This document shows positions 1-7,735 of a stretch of 30,411 nucleotides of DNA, in pieces (the first letter of the stretch is position 1; each line of letters starts with the position of its first letter). The stretch comes from a virus (taxonomy: Duplodnaviria > Caudoviricetes). The stretch is from positions 1-30,411 of the IMG/VR virus record IMGVR_UViG_3300010158_004052. The stretch is one strand, 5' to 3'. The notes beneath the pieces were generated by a model. It had not been told where the DNA came from and did not search any database. It was given only the letters and a program-made list of their open reading frames with translations. The translations under genes were made by a program, and so were the position numbers.

Positions 1-278
1 AATTGATCCCAAAGAATCAAAAGTTCGTTTTCCTGACCCTGACCGATCCAGTAGATGACTGAATCAAGAAAAGAAGAAAATGCATCGTAAGTCTTGATCT
101 TATTACTTTTTTCGTCTGGACTCTTAGGCTTGTACAACTGCATGTACCATCCTGTTTGGTCTGAATTGGCCTCCAGTGTCGCCTTGAGTTCAAACCGGCG
201 AGCAACTTTGCACCACCTCTCAGCTTCGGCCTTGGTTGCCCAGTATTTGCGCCATTCTAGATGTTTGTAAGACCTCAT
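1..278 (-). CDS. Hypothetical protein, partial (runs off window start)
   Basis: Hand translation from ATG 278 (ATGA overlap with upstream gene): MRSYKHLEWRKYWATKAEAERWCKV...LLILWDQ, open to base 1; not in the ORF track. Confidence 0.7.
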   Translation of the reverse strand, partial: MRSYKHLEWRKYWATKAEAERWCKVARRFELKATLEANSDQTGWYMQLYKPKSPDEKSNKIKTYDAFSSFLDSVIYWIGQGQENELLILWDQ

Positions 279-499
279 GGCCCCACCTCTGGCGGCCATC
301 GTCTCGGCGGAATCGGTTTCTTGTTCAATTTGACCCAATCTTTGATGATCTCATCGATTAAAGCGGATTGCGATAGGCCATGCTCTGAAGCTCGGCAATG
401 AAGCCAGTGTCTCCACTGGCTCGATGCGCGTATGTTCAGAATTTGGTTTTTTGCATACTTGTTTTTTTCGTAGAATTTTGGCTCTTCAGGATCTTTCAT
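275..499 (-). CDS. Ribbon-helix-helix-like DNA-binding protein
   Basis: Start ATG 499 after AAGGAG; alternating strand ILNIRAS, helix (WRHWLHCRASEHG), then LSQSALIDEIIKDW, the CopG/Arc-type RHH pattern. Confidence 0.6.
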   Translation of the reverse strand: MKDPEEPKFYEKNKYAKNQILNIRASSQWRHWLHCRASEHGLSQSALIDEIIKDWVKLNKKPIPPRRWPPEVGP

Positions 500-558
500 G
501 CTTCTCTCCTTAATCTGTATAGACAGAGTATACAGACTAAAGAGAGAAATCAAAAGAT

Positions 559-885
559 TTAAAAGGCAAAATCGTCATCATTTTCGATAGTTTCCGGTGC
601 TTGTGCTCCGGTAGGCGTTGTTACAATCTTTACGTCTCTACCGTAGAGCGATAGATTGCAATACCCTTTTTCATTGATCTTGCCGCTAATCGAACCCGTG
701 CAAGCCACGACCGTACCGATTCCGGCAGTAGAATCCCATTCACTTGCCTTGAGGATGATCTCAAGCTGATCGGTTCTGTTCGCTTTCTCATTGCAGATCT
801 CAATCCTTATCTTGACATAACCTCCGGTGGGTAGAGTAACTGGCCGTTCGATTATCGTCCCCACGATTGCATACTGATTGATCAC
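559..885 (-). CDS. ssb: Single-stranded DNA-binding protein (OB fold)
   Basis: 108 aa; N-terminal NQYAIVGTI, GTVVACTGSI motif, acidic-aromatic tail ENDDDFAF; adjacent to YqaJ exonuclease. Confidence 0.75.
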   Translation of the reverse strand: MINQYAIVGTIIERPVTLPTGGYVKIRIEICNEKANRTDQLEIILKASEWDSTAGIGTVVACTGSISGKINEKGYCNLSLYGRDVKIVTTPTGAQAPETIENDDDFAF

Positions 886-1787
886 GCTGTCACCTCGCTC
901 ATGTCTTTAGGTAAAAACCGCCTCGTCGTATTGGTCCGCTGGTATTGGCTGATCATGGTTGGATTCGCAGATTTAAAAGCATCCATATCGAATGATCTGC
1001 TTGTCGTCTCCTTCCATGTGATGAGCGTTCTGCCATTCTTCAGCCCGATCTCTCGCGTTCCCATAATGTCTTTGACATCCTTTTCAAGAGCTTCTAACTC
1101 TTTCTTGAGTGGGTTAATCTCTGTCTTGATCCTTGCAATTTTTTGCAACTTCAAAAACGTATCGTCGTCCAGCTCAAAGCACGAACCAACATCGGCTCGA
1201 ATCGCTTCTGTGAGCACCTTGTTTGTGCTTGTTCCCCAAGGTGGCTCGCTGCCCATAATGACATGGTTCTTCCACCATTCTTCAGCCTTGTTTACACAAG
1301 CCAGGAACCATTCAGACTGAAGATCGATACTGACCTCAAAGACCTTTACCGCTAAAGATCCATTCAGGACTGCAATGTATGCCTGATCGATACCATGAAC
1401 CCAGCACTGCCAATGGACTTGAAGGATGTAATTCTCTGGCACATAGTCCCATGCTTTTTCGTGCGTGCATTTGATCTCCAAAATGACGTTTCTTCCGTCC
1501 TGCTGGATTATGCAATCAGGCGTTGCTGACGCCCAGCCGTTGGCATGTACAGCAAACGGCTCATCGGCGATGATTGCTCCGCCTATCTGGTTGATCGCTT
1601 CCATGGCGACACCCCGCTGAAGGTAATTGCCCATCCGCATTGATTGCGTCTCAAGCGTGCTGTCCATGCCCATCTTGGATAGCCAGATATCGTGGGCATT
1701 TCCAAACGGACTGATCTCCAAAATGATTGGCACATCAGACGCACCAAGCGTCTTCCGTCTCTTTTCAATCCATTCTTTCTTATGCAT
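882..1787 (-). CDS. YqaJ-family (lambda-exonuclease-like) recombination exonuclease
   Basis: W..RRKTLGASD, ISPF, MRMGNYL, ASATPDC, LEIKC, PENYILQVHWQ motifs plus a coiled-coil C-terminus. Confidence 0.92.
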   Translation of the reverse strand: MHKKEWIEKRRKTLGASDVPIILEISPFGNAHDIWLSKMGMDSTLETQSMRMGNYLQRGVAMEAINQIGGAIIADEPFAVHANGWASATPDCIIQQDGRNVILEIKCTHEKAWDYVPENYILQVHWQCWVHGIDQAYIAVLNGSLAVKVFEVSIDLQSEWFLACVNKAEEWWKNHVIMGSEPPWGTSTNKVLTEAIRADVGSCFELDDDTFLKLQKIARIKTEINPLKKELEALEKDVKDIMGTREIGLKNGRTLITWKETTSRSFDMDAFKSANPTMISQYQRTNTTRRFLPKDMSEVTA

Positions 1788-2010
1788 CGATTGTCTCTCT
1801 TTCTTTTATAGCGATGTGATAGCCTTCGCACATTGCTTTTTGCAATTCCCTGTTCTCGTGCAGCATCTCGTCTAATACGAATACCTGTTCTTCCAACTTG
1901 TCTATTTGCGATTTCAGTGAGCTTCGCCGTTCTGCAATCTCGCACCGTCTGGCAATGTTTCGCGAAGCATATTGTCGATGCGATTTTTGTTCAAATTCCA
2001 TGCTAATCAT
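1780..2010 (-). CDS. Hypothetical coiled-coil protein
   Basis: 76 aa, coupled to neighbours, heptad-rich (LKSQIDKLEEQVFVLDEML). Confidence 0.65.
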   Translation of the reverse strand: MISMEFEQKSHRQYASRNIARRCEIAERRSSLKSQIDKLEEQVFVLDEMLHENRELQKAMCEGYHIAIKERETIDA

Positions 2011-2270
2011 AGAAGCATCCCCTTTGCGTGATGAAGGTTCCTTGCTGCTTCACGGTACGCTGACTCAGCGGCCCGTAAATACGGCAATGCTTTACCCGAA
2101 TACCCTTTATCGATCATGCCTGCAATAACCCAGGCTGTTTGATTCGTGTCTTTCTGAATCTCGGACAATTCTTCTTTAAGTGTTGGCCAATGAGCCACAC
2201 TCGGCAGAAGCCCGATGCATTCGTTACCGTCATCAAAATCATTCAGATCATTCAGATCATGCCCGTCCAT
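2007..2270 (-). CDS. Hypothetical protein
   Basis: Start reassigned to ATG 2270 (GGAGG RBS); stop overlaps the next start. Confidence 0.7.
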   Translation of the reverse strand: MDGHDLNDLNDFDDGNECIGLLPSVAHWPTLKEELSEIQKDTNQTAWVIAGMIDKGYSGKALPYLRAAESAYREAARNLHHAKGMLL

Positions 2271-2348
2271 ACTGACCTCCGTTAGAAACTTGGTTCGTGT
2301 TTTCCATTCGGCCAACACGTATCTTACCGAAATGGGAAAACTGTAAAA

Positions 2349-2705
2349 TCAATCGCTTTTTATAGCTGGTAAAGCTATATAACGCCAAAAGTTAGGACAA
2401 ATACGACCGATGCTCAGGTAGGTTTCTAACGACCTGTCTACAGACGCCATGTCTTCAGTCGAATAGGGGCCATCGCACATGCTTGCCCGTTTGTGCTGCA
2501 ATTCAATGGCTCTACCTAAAGCAAACAGCGAAAACGCCTCATCGGTTTTGAATGGCTGGTTTGTACAGTAGTATGCTTGGATGAGCATATCTATTAAGCT
2601 GAATAACTGCACGTCAGTTTTTAGCGGTTGCCTTCTTTTCCTTTCTCTAGTGTTTGGTCGTAATCCACAATCAGTTTTACTCGCAAGATCTCTTTTTGAA
2701 TCCAT
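2349..2705 (-). CDS. Hypothetical protein
   Basis: 118-aa ORF in operon direction; overlaps the upstream ORF by 85 nt, so the start is uncertain. Confidence 0.5.
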   Translation of the reverse strand: MDSKRDLASKTDCGLRPNTRERKRRQPLKTDVQLFSLIDMLIQAYYCTNQPFKTDEAFSLFALGRAIELQHKRASMCDGPYSTEDMASVDRSLETYLSIGRICPNFWRYIALPAIKSD

Positions 2706-2824
2706 AGCCTATGCCTTTCATTACTTCCGCCTATCTTGAGATAGTCGTCAATTGCGTAGAATGCGTCTCTAATTGTCTTTGTTTCATCAGAATCCTTTGT
2801 TTTCTTGTTCATCTCGTTTGCCAT
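2621..2824 (-). CDS. Hypothetical protein
   Basis: 67 aa; ATG overlaps the TAA of the RuvC-like gene (TAATG). Confidence 0.6.
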   Translation of the reverse strand: MANEMNKKTKDSDETKTIRDAFYAIDDYLKIGGSNERHRLWIQKEILRVKLIVDYDQTLEKGKEGNR

Positions 2825-3300
2825 TACACTTGGCTCCTCTTAAACTCGTGGTACTTGGCAATTGCAAACGCTGAACGCTTGTCGCTCGCTCCCCGTAGAA
2901 GGTATAGCGGGTCGCCCTTCTTGCTAGAAGGCCCGTAGATAGATTCTAAGCCAGCCCTGAGCGTTGTGTCGTTGAGCTTGCCGCCGGCAGTGATCCATTG
3001 GCCATATTCGCGGCGTGTGTAGATTGCAAGGGACAAGCCCTCGTATATGGCAACCCTTTTCAACTCCCCGATAAAGTACATCGTCTGAATCGACGATTCG
3101 CCAACCGGGCGGCCTTGGCAAGAAAACCCCTCAAGTGCAAATTCGTGAGGTTTTGCCCAGGGAGATTGCATGATTTTCACGAGTTCGGCGTTTTCAATCT
3201 TGTCGGCCATTTGGATGTTTAAAGTCTTGCTTTGATCGCATGCAATTATCATGCACATGCCGCTGTGTGTGCTTCCGGGGTCGATTCCGATGATTATCAC
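2824..3300 (-). CDS. RuvC-like Holliday junction resolvase
   Basis: IIGIDPGSTHSG first-strand motif, FALEG second acidic residue, D..SAFAIA C-terminal motif; probable GTG start at 3300 (GTGA overlap). Confidence 0.8.
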   Translation of the reverse strand: MIIIGIDPGSTHSGMCMIIACDQSKTLNIQMADKIENAELVKIMQSPWAKPHEFALEGFSCQGRPVGESSIQTMYFIGELKRVAIYEGLSLAIYTRREYGQWITAGGKLNDTTLRAGLESIYGPSSKKGDPLYLLRGASDKRSAFAIAKYHEFKRSQV

Positions 3301-3638
3301 GGTTGTAACCCCGGAGAGGGCAACTTGGGGCAATCTAAGGCTTTTAGATAGTACAGAAACAGGGACAAAGCGGTGATTCCGTTCGTGCTAAGTATCGGAT
3401 ATCTCACTTTGGAGGGAGAGTGGTCAGGGAAAAAGAATTGAAGGCTCAGGCAATCGGCTGTGACCTTGGTTTTTTTGTTGATCACGATATCCCAGAGCAA
3501 ACTGGTTTTTTCTAGTTCCGATAATCTTCCCTGATATTGCGAAGCGGCCTCTGAGAATTCGGTCATTGCGCTGAGAAGTCTGTCGTGTTCAGCACGGTCC
3601 ATGTACTGATAGTACAGTTGGTTAATGTGGATTATCAT
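3297..3638 (-). CDS. Hypothetical protein
   Basis: 113 aa, 4-nt overlaps at both ends. Confidence 0.65.
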   Translation of the reverse strand: MIIHINQLYYQYMDRAEHDRLLSAMTEFSEAASQYQGRLSELEKTSLLWDIVINKKTKVTADCLSLQFFFPDHSPSKVRYPILSTNGITALSLFLYYLKALDCPKLPSPGLQP

Positions 3639-3949
3639 TCATCCACCGCCTTTCTACGCTTAATTTCCTGATTAAGATACCAAATCGCCTTTTCCAAGTC
3701 TTCAATTGCGTTGCCCTTCAGGTCTGCACGCCATATATATTTCATTGCATTCCCAGTGTTAAACATCATGTGTTGGGTAATATCAATGCATTCAACGCCT
3801 GACGGGTGGCTTGTATAATGCTTCGGGTGGTTGATCGGGTCAGATGGAATCGGCACTGTTGCCCAACGATATTGCAGATGATTATCACTTTCGGCGTTAA
3901 ACTTTGCCAAGAGTTCGTCTAATTCCTCTTTGCTCATGATATCGCTCAT
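3635..3949 (-). CDS. DUF3310 protein (T7 gp1.7-like nucleotide kinase family)
   Basis: DPINHPKHY...VECIDI...FNTGNAMKYIWRADLKGNAIEDLEKAIWYL signature. Confidence 0.9.
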   Translation of the reverse strand: MSDIMSKEELDELLAKFNAESDNHLQYRWATVPIPSDPINHPKHYTSHPSGVECIDITQHMMFNTGNAMKYIWRADLKGNAIEDLEKAIWYLNQEIKRRKAVDE

Positions 3950-4189
3950 TTCTGCTCCCCCGTATACTTCTCGAACTTACCCAATTCCATAATAGACATC
4001 GGGATTGATCTATTAATCAGAAAGGCTTTAGCACTATCTGATGTCCACACAGCAATATGACCACTAGAACTTTTCTCATACTCACCCGTCTTATGAATCT
4101 TCCTACACCACACAACAGGCCGTGACTCATCGACTACGGCATTAAACTTTGCCGCCAGTGCGTCTAATTCCTCTGTGCTCATGATATCG
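3894..4189. repeat. Imperfect ~51-bp direct repeat (about 3894-3944 and 4139-4189) at the 5' ends of two unrelated genes
   Basis: gc(g/a)ttaaactttgcc....gt(t/g)cgtctaattcctct(t/g)tgctcatgatatcg in both; encodes DIMS(K/T)EELD(E/A)L(L/A)AKFNA. Confidence 0.9.
3946..4182 (-). CDS. Hypothetical protein
   Basis: 78 aa from ATG 4182 (ATGA overlap); N-terminus shared with the DUF3310 gene. Confidence 0.7.
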   Translation of the reverse strand: MSTEELDALAAKFNAVVDESRPVVWCRKIHKTGEYEKSSSGHIAVWTSDSAKAFLINRSIPMSIMELGKFEKYTGEQK

Positions 4190-4439
4190 GCCTCCAATGT
4201 GTAGGCGTCTTGCCGACCTCTTGCGAAACTGGCCGAATGCATTTGCGGAAGATGCACCAGTATGCCGTTTTGCAATAACACCACTGCGGAGCCTCCCACT
4301 GCCGAGCCTCAGAATATTGCGCGTAGCGAAACTCGAACTCCTCGCCGCTGTCGCTGTCGGCATCCATGCGGACAAACACCGTCTGCCCCACTTCTGGAAG
4401 CTTTGCTGGATCGTCTGTGATCTCAATCCATTCACTCAT
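4179..4439 (-). CDS. DUF551-like small protein, paralogue 3
   Basis: 86 aa from ATG 4439: MSEWIEITDDPAKLPEVGQTVFV...PTHWRPI (W...LPE / THW.P family pattern). Confidence 0.75.
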   Translation of the reverse strand: MSEWIEITDDPAKLPEVGQTVFVRMDADSDSGEEFEFRYAQYSEARQWEAPQWCYCKTAYWCIFRKCIRPVSQEVGKTPTHWRPIS

Positions 4440-4696
4440 GCGATCGGCCTCCAGTGCGTAGGCGTCTTGCCGACCTCTTGCGAAACTGGCCGAATGCATT
4501 CGCGATAACTACACCAGTATGCCGTTTTGCAATAACACCACTGCGGAGCCTCCCCCTGCCAGGCCTCAGAATATGGCGCGTATCGAAACCCGAACATCTG
4601 CCCGCCGCCGGTGTCGCCATCCATGCAAACAACCACTGTTTTGCCCAACTCCGGCAATGTTGCCGGATCGTCAGTGATCTCGATCCATCCACTCAT
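4436..4696 (-). CDS. DUF551-like small protein, paralogue 2
   Basis: 86 aa, colinear gap-free copy of 4179-4439. Confidence 0.75.
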   Translation of the reverse strand: MSGWIEITDDPATLPELGKTVVVCMDGDTGGGQMFGFRYAPYSEAWQGEAPQWCYCKTAYWCSYRECIRPVSQEVGKTPTHWRPIA

Positions 4697-5028
4697 GATA
4701 CTGGCCTCCAGCGCGTGGGTGTCTTGCCTGTCTCAAGCGAAACAGGCCTGATCGACTGACAAAAAACACTCCAGTAAGCTCTCTTGCAATAAAACCACTC
4801 CCATTCTTCGGGAATCCGCCCATCGCGCAATCCAAACTCCTCACCGCCGCCACTGTCGGCATTCATGCGGAGAATCACCGTCTGCCCTATTTCCGGTAGC
4901 GTTGCCGGATCGTCAGTGATCTCGATCCACACCGGCTCTGGCTTCGCTTGCATCAGGTTGTAAACGGTCAGGGCCGCAGCCTTGGCCTCGCCATGCTCCA
5001 ACGATGCGATAAAATCAAGCGGTGTCAT
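4693..5028 (-). CDS. DUF551-like protein, paralogue 1, with an extra ~33-aa N-terminus
   Basis: WIEITDDPATLPEIGQTV...YCKRAYW...GKTPTRWRPV. Confidence 0.75.
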   Translation of the reverse strand: MTPLDFIASLEHGEAKAAALTVYNLMQAKPEPVWIEITDDPATLPEIGQTVILRMNADSGGGEEFGLRDGRIPEEWEWFYCKRAYWSVFCQSIRPVSLETGKTPTRWRPVS

Positions 5029-5272
5029 TTGTTGGCTCCTCGTTAGCCTGGATCTTCTGGATCATGGCTAGTAGTAAAGTTGTGGGAATAGTGATCTTTT
5101 CGCGTTTGTGTTGTATCTGATAAATTGCACAACGCTTCCATCCATCAATAACTTCTGGTGTCAGCAGTTCTTTCTCAATCGTTGTCTCTTCGCAACCGCA
5201 GCAATTCGTGCACAAGTTGCAGACCTTGCAAAGGTTGTAATCGCGGTGCTTGTGGCATTCCGGGCAGTTCAC
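5015..5272 (-). CDS. Cys-rich (probably zinc-binding) hypothetical protein
   Basis: Probable GTG start 5272 after AGGA; CPECHKH...CKVCNLCTNCCGC. Confidence 0.65.
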   Translation of the reverse strand: MNCPECHKHRDYNLCKVCNLCTNCCGCEETTIEKELLTPEVIDGWKRCAIYQIQHKREKITIPTTLLLAMIQKIQANEEPTNDTA

Positions 5273-5279
5273 TTTGTCC

Positions 5280-5510
5280 TCAGTTCTCGTTTCTTGTGTG
5301 CTTTTCAAGCCGTCGGGTTTTTGGTTGGATGAAACTTGCCTTGAGGCAGGCGTGGCAGTCGCAGCCCGGTACAATCTTATTTTTATGCCTCATGCAATCT
5401 GCAAGATGCTCGATTGAGCTTTGACCGTGAAAAGCCTGGAATCGTTTCTCTATTGTTTCCGCTTTTCTGCGGAATCTCTTAGATATTTGCTCAATTGATG
5501 TTTCTTTCAT
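5280..5510 (-). CDS. Hypothetical protein
   Basis: 76 aa, ATGA overlap with the csrA-like gene; C/H cluster (CMRH...CDCHAC). Confidence 0.6.
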   Translation of the reverse strand: MKETSIEQISKRFRRKAETIEKRFQAFHGQSSIEHLADCMRHKNKIVPGCDCHACLKASFIQPKTRRLEKHTRNEN

Positions 5511-5710
5511 GATTGCTTTTCCTTTTTAGTTCTGAGTTTTGCGTTATCCCGAACTATTGCAAACTCCCTTGGTGCAGATATTCCCATCCTAACTATCTTG
5601 TTATGGATTGGTTCGGCTATAACAACCGTTATTTTTTGTGCTTCTTCATACGTCCCTGGCGGGATCGTTATGAATATTTTTTGTCCGTGCTCGCGACTTA
5701 GAATAAGCAT
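5507..5710 (-). CDS. csrA: CsrA/RsmA-like RNA-binding translational regulator
   Basis: MLILSR..GQKIFI...ITVVI...VRMGISAPREFAIVR matches the CsrA pattern MLILTR..GE.I.I...V+IGI.AP....+.R, including the RNA-binding Arg; there is an insertion after beta2. Confidence 0.85.
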   Translation of the reverse strand: MLILSREHGQKIFITIPPGTYEEAQKITVVIAEPIHNKIVRMGISAPREFAIVRDNAKLRTKKEKQS

Positions 5711-5724
5711 TCCTGTCATCTCCT

Positions 5725-6417
5725 TTACCAACGGTTTAAGGCTTCCATCTGATTCTGTGAGTTCTCTTGAATGACTACTGATCTCTTATCAGATGCATTA
5801 GAACTAAACGGGGTCACGTTTTTGTATTTTCGTAGAGCGGCCCTAGCTATGGATAGCAATTTCTTTTCGCTATCTCGTGTGATATCGCCACCCAATAATT
5901 TGATCCATTCGGCGTGCTTCTCATCAGCAATCCTTTCTTGCTGCCTTCCCCAAAAAATCATTTCTGGTGATGCCTGATCAATTCCAAGGTACTTGAGGCT
6001 GTTGGTGCATTCGCAACGATAAGTTGATGTCCTCTCGGTAACTTGATTGTTCTTGGTGCAAGTAACTGGCACAATCAGTACGCCAAGTCCTCCGCATATT
6101 CCACAAGGCTTCCATTCCAAACTGTCCATATGCTTCTGCTCTTGATGCACACGGATTGATCGTGGACGTTTTGCAACGAATTCCGCAAACTCCTCGTAAA
6201 CCCTTTCTGGCTTGTAACAAGCAATCGCGGCAAACTCGAAAGCGATATCATCGGCCATGTTTTTGTCGGAATTGATGCCCGTCTTTACAACAAGCCTCTT
6301 CCATCCCTCTACCTGCAATGCGAACCAAGATGAGGAAGTGATTTCGGCCATGTCAAAACCACGTCTCTCATAAATCTTGTCGATGTAGTCAATCACCCAA
6401 TCGTTCACGGTAATCAT
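5725..6417 (-). CDS. Hypothetical zinc-finger protein at the helicase-loader position
   Basis: 230 aa directly after the initiator; CGICGGLG...YRCEC; no Walker A motif seen. Confidence 0.6.
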   Translation of the reverse strand: MITVNDWVIDYIDKIYERRGFDMAEITSSSWFALQVEGWKRLVVKTGINSDKNMADDIAFEFAAIACYKPERVYEEFAEFVAKRPRSIRVHQEQKHMDSLEWKPCGICGGLGVLIVPVTCTKNNQVTERTSTYRCECTNSLKYLGIDQASPEMIFWGRQQERIADEKHAEWIKLLGGDITRDSEKKLLSIARAALRKYKNVTPFSSNASDKRSVVIQENSQNQMEALNRW

Positions 6418-7277
6418 TTTGATTCCCCCCTAAACAGTTCACGTCTTTTCAACTTCGCCTGATCTTCCTCCGAATGCTTTACTTGCCGATCTTTCAAATC
6501 AGCGATATCAGGATCAACCCATCGACCATCGTTCCATTGGTCGTCTCGGATCATGCATAACATTCCGATTCTGCTTCGCACCTTTTTTTTGACCAAAGAT
6601 GCGATGCATTTCTTCAAAACAAAGTCGATGAATCCGCTTTTCGATGATTGCTCCAATGTAAACAATGCTGGCACCTTGTTATCCTCGCCGGTTGATCCCA
6701 AATACTTGCTGGCCAATACCGCTTGATCATTTGTGAGTTGCACATACTTTTCGGCCTCCCTCGGCTTCAATCTGGCTCTGTGCAAAATCGGGGTCGTCGT
6801 CGTCTCGGTCGGGTATGTTGTCTCTGAATTACAAAGTAATTCTGAGGGAATATACTGGGTTACTTGAGTAGTATTACTTTTGCACTCCGCAATTTGCGGT
6901 GTGCCTCTACACTCCGCAATTTGCGGTTTCACATGCTTTTTGGACTCGCACTTGCTAACGGTCGTTTCAAACGATTCCGGCTCAAGCAAATCGATTCTTG
7001 TCGAGTACCATTGGCCGTTCGGTGTTCTTTTCTGGACTATCAATCCCTTGTGTACCAATACCCGAATCGCCCTGGTAATCGTATCGATTGATACGTTCAG
7101 TTCCAGACTCATCCTGCTAATGCCAGAGTGTAAATAAACCCTTGAGCGATTCGTGGAGTTCTCCCAACCACGTATGTAACCCCAGATCATTGCCTCAATC
7201 GGCTTATCAACCTGGCCAATTATCTCCATCGGAATAGAGATGTATCGTTGACTCGTCTGCTCTATTTGTGGTATCAT
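6414..7277 (-). CDS. Replication initiator protein (lambda O-like, N-terminal wHTH)
   Basis: ISIPMEII...EAMIWGYI...ISRMSLELNVSIDTITRAIRVLVHKGLI wHTH, central linker with DNA repeats; start ATG 7277 after AGGA. Confidence 0.8.
   Translation of the reverse strand: MIPQIEQTSQRYISIPMEIIGQVDKPIEAMIWGYIRGWENSTNRSRVYLHSGISRMSLELNVSIDTITRAIRVLVHKGLIVQKRTPNGQWYSTRIDLLEPESFETTVSKCESKKHVKPQIAECRGTPQIAECKSNTTQVTQYIPSELLCNSETTYPTETTTTPILHRARLKPREAEKYVQLTNDQAVLASKYLGSTGEDNKVPALFTLEQSSKSGFIDFVLKKCIASLVKKKVRSRIGMLCMIRDDQWNDGRWVDPDIADLKDRQVKHSEEDQAKLKRRELFRGESK
6827..6927. repeat. Candidate replication origin: two 18-bp iterons plus an AT-rich flank
   Basis: cactccgcaatttgcggt at 6883-6900 and 6910-6927, each with the internal palindrome ccgcaa-t-ttgcgg; AT-rich flank with inverted repeat gaattac-aaa-gtaattc. 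Confidence 0.7.
7248..7277 (+). promoter_or_regulatory. Sigma70-type antisense promoter inside the initiator 5' end
   Basis: TTGACT(7248-53)-N18-TATCAT(7272-77), with extended -10 TG at 7269-70. Confidence 0.65.
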
Positions 7278-7283
7278 TTTGAT

Positions 7284-7377
7284 ACGTCCTGTAGTGATGA
7301 ATGGGACGGTGAACAGCATTTTAATTCTTGCTGTCACAAATGCCCTCAGTAGCCTTGAACGCTACGGGGGCTTTTTT
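7284..7377 (+). ncRNA. Putative ~95-nt antisense RNA to the initiator leader (OOP/ctRNA-like)
   Basis: Bounded by the promoter above and an intrinsic terminator in the same orientation; start approximate. Confidence 0.55.
7342..7377 (+). terminator. Intrinsic terminator, antisense to the operon
   Basis: GCCCTC-A-GTAGC / CTTGAAC loop / GCTAC-GGGGGC followed by T6. Confidence 0.7.
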
Positions 7378-7435
7378 GTCATCTAAGCGAGAATCATTAC
7401 GATCATTCTGTCAATTACTGTTGTTCTGGTCAATA

Positions 7436-7735
7436 CTAGGTCCGGAGATTTCTCTTGCGAATCCTGATGATTTCCTGCCACATCCATTTGATCCGTTTCT
7501 GTTCGCTCAGATGCTTGTTAAAAGCATAAGATGTCGTTGTTGCGCCTTGCGTAACACCTTCAAACCTTCGGAGCAATTGGTTTAGCTTCAAGACATGAAA
7601 TTCTTTACGATGGCAGATAATCGCCTGTCCGCCAGTCATCGGCACTAGGGTATAGTGGGGACAATTCGCCCCGACGATGACGAACAGACGACTATTTTTT
7701 TTCGTACTCAGGCAGGCAATATCGCCGATAATCAT
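7436..7735 (-). CDS. Hypothetical protein
   Basis: 99 aa, ATGA overlap with the annealase gene; beta-rich N-terminus. Confidence 0.65.
   Translation of the reverse strand: MIIGDIACLSTKKNSRLFVIVGANCPHYTLVPMTGGQAIICHRKEFHVLKLNQLLRRFEGVTQGATTTSYAFNKHLSEQKRIKWMWQEIIRIRKRNLRT

Larger units (their letters stand above)
4179..4930. repeat. Tandem gene triplication (unit 257 bp for the two closest copies)
   Basis: Long identical stretches between copies, e.g. gtaggcgtcttgccgacctcttgcgaaactggccgaatgcatt and caccagtatgccgttttgcaataacaccactgcggagcctccc. Confidence 0.95.

Noticed and set aside
4179-4930. Diversity-generating retroelement TR/VR pair
   Set aside because: Mismatches involve all four bases rather than template adenines only, all copies are full coupled ORFs, and no reverse transcriptase is in the window.
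6883-6927. Mini-CRISPR array
   Set aside because: Only two 18-bp repeats with a 9-bp spacer, in frame inside a gene, no cas genes.
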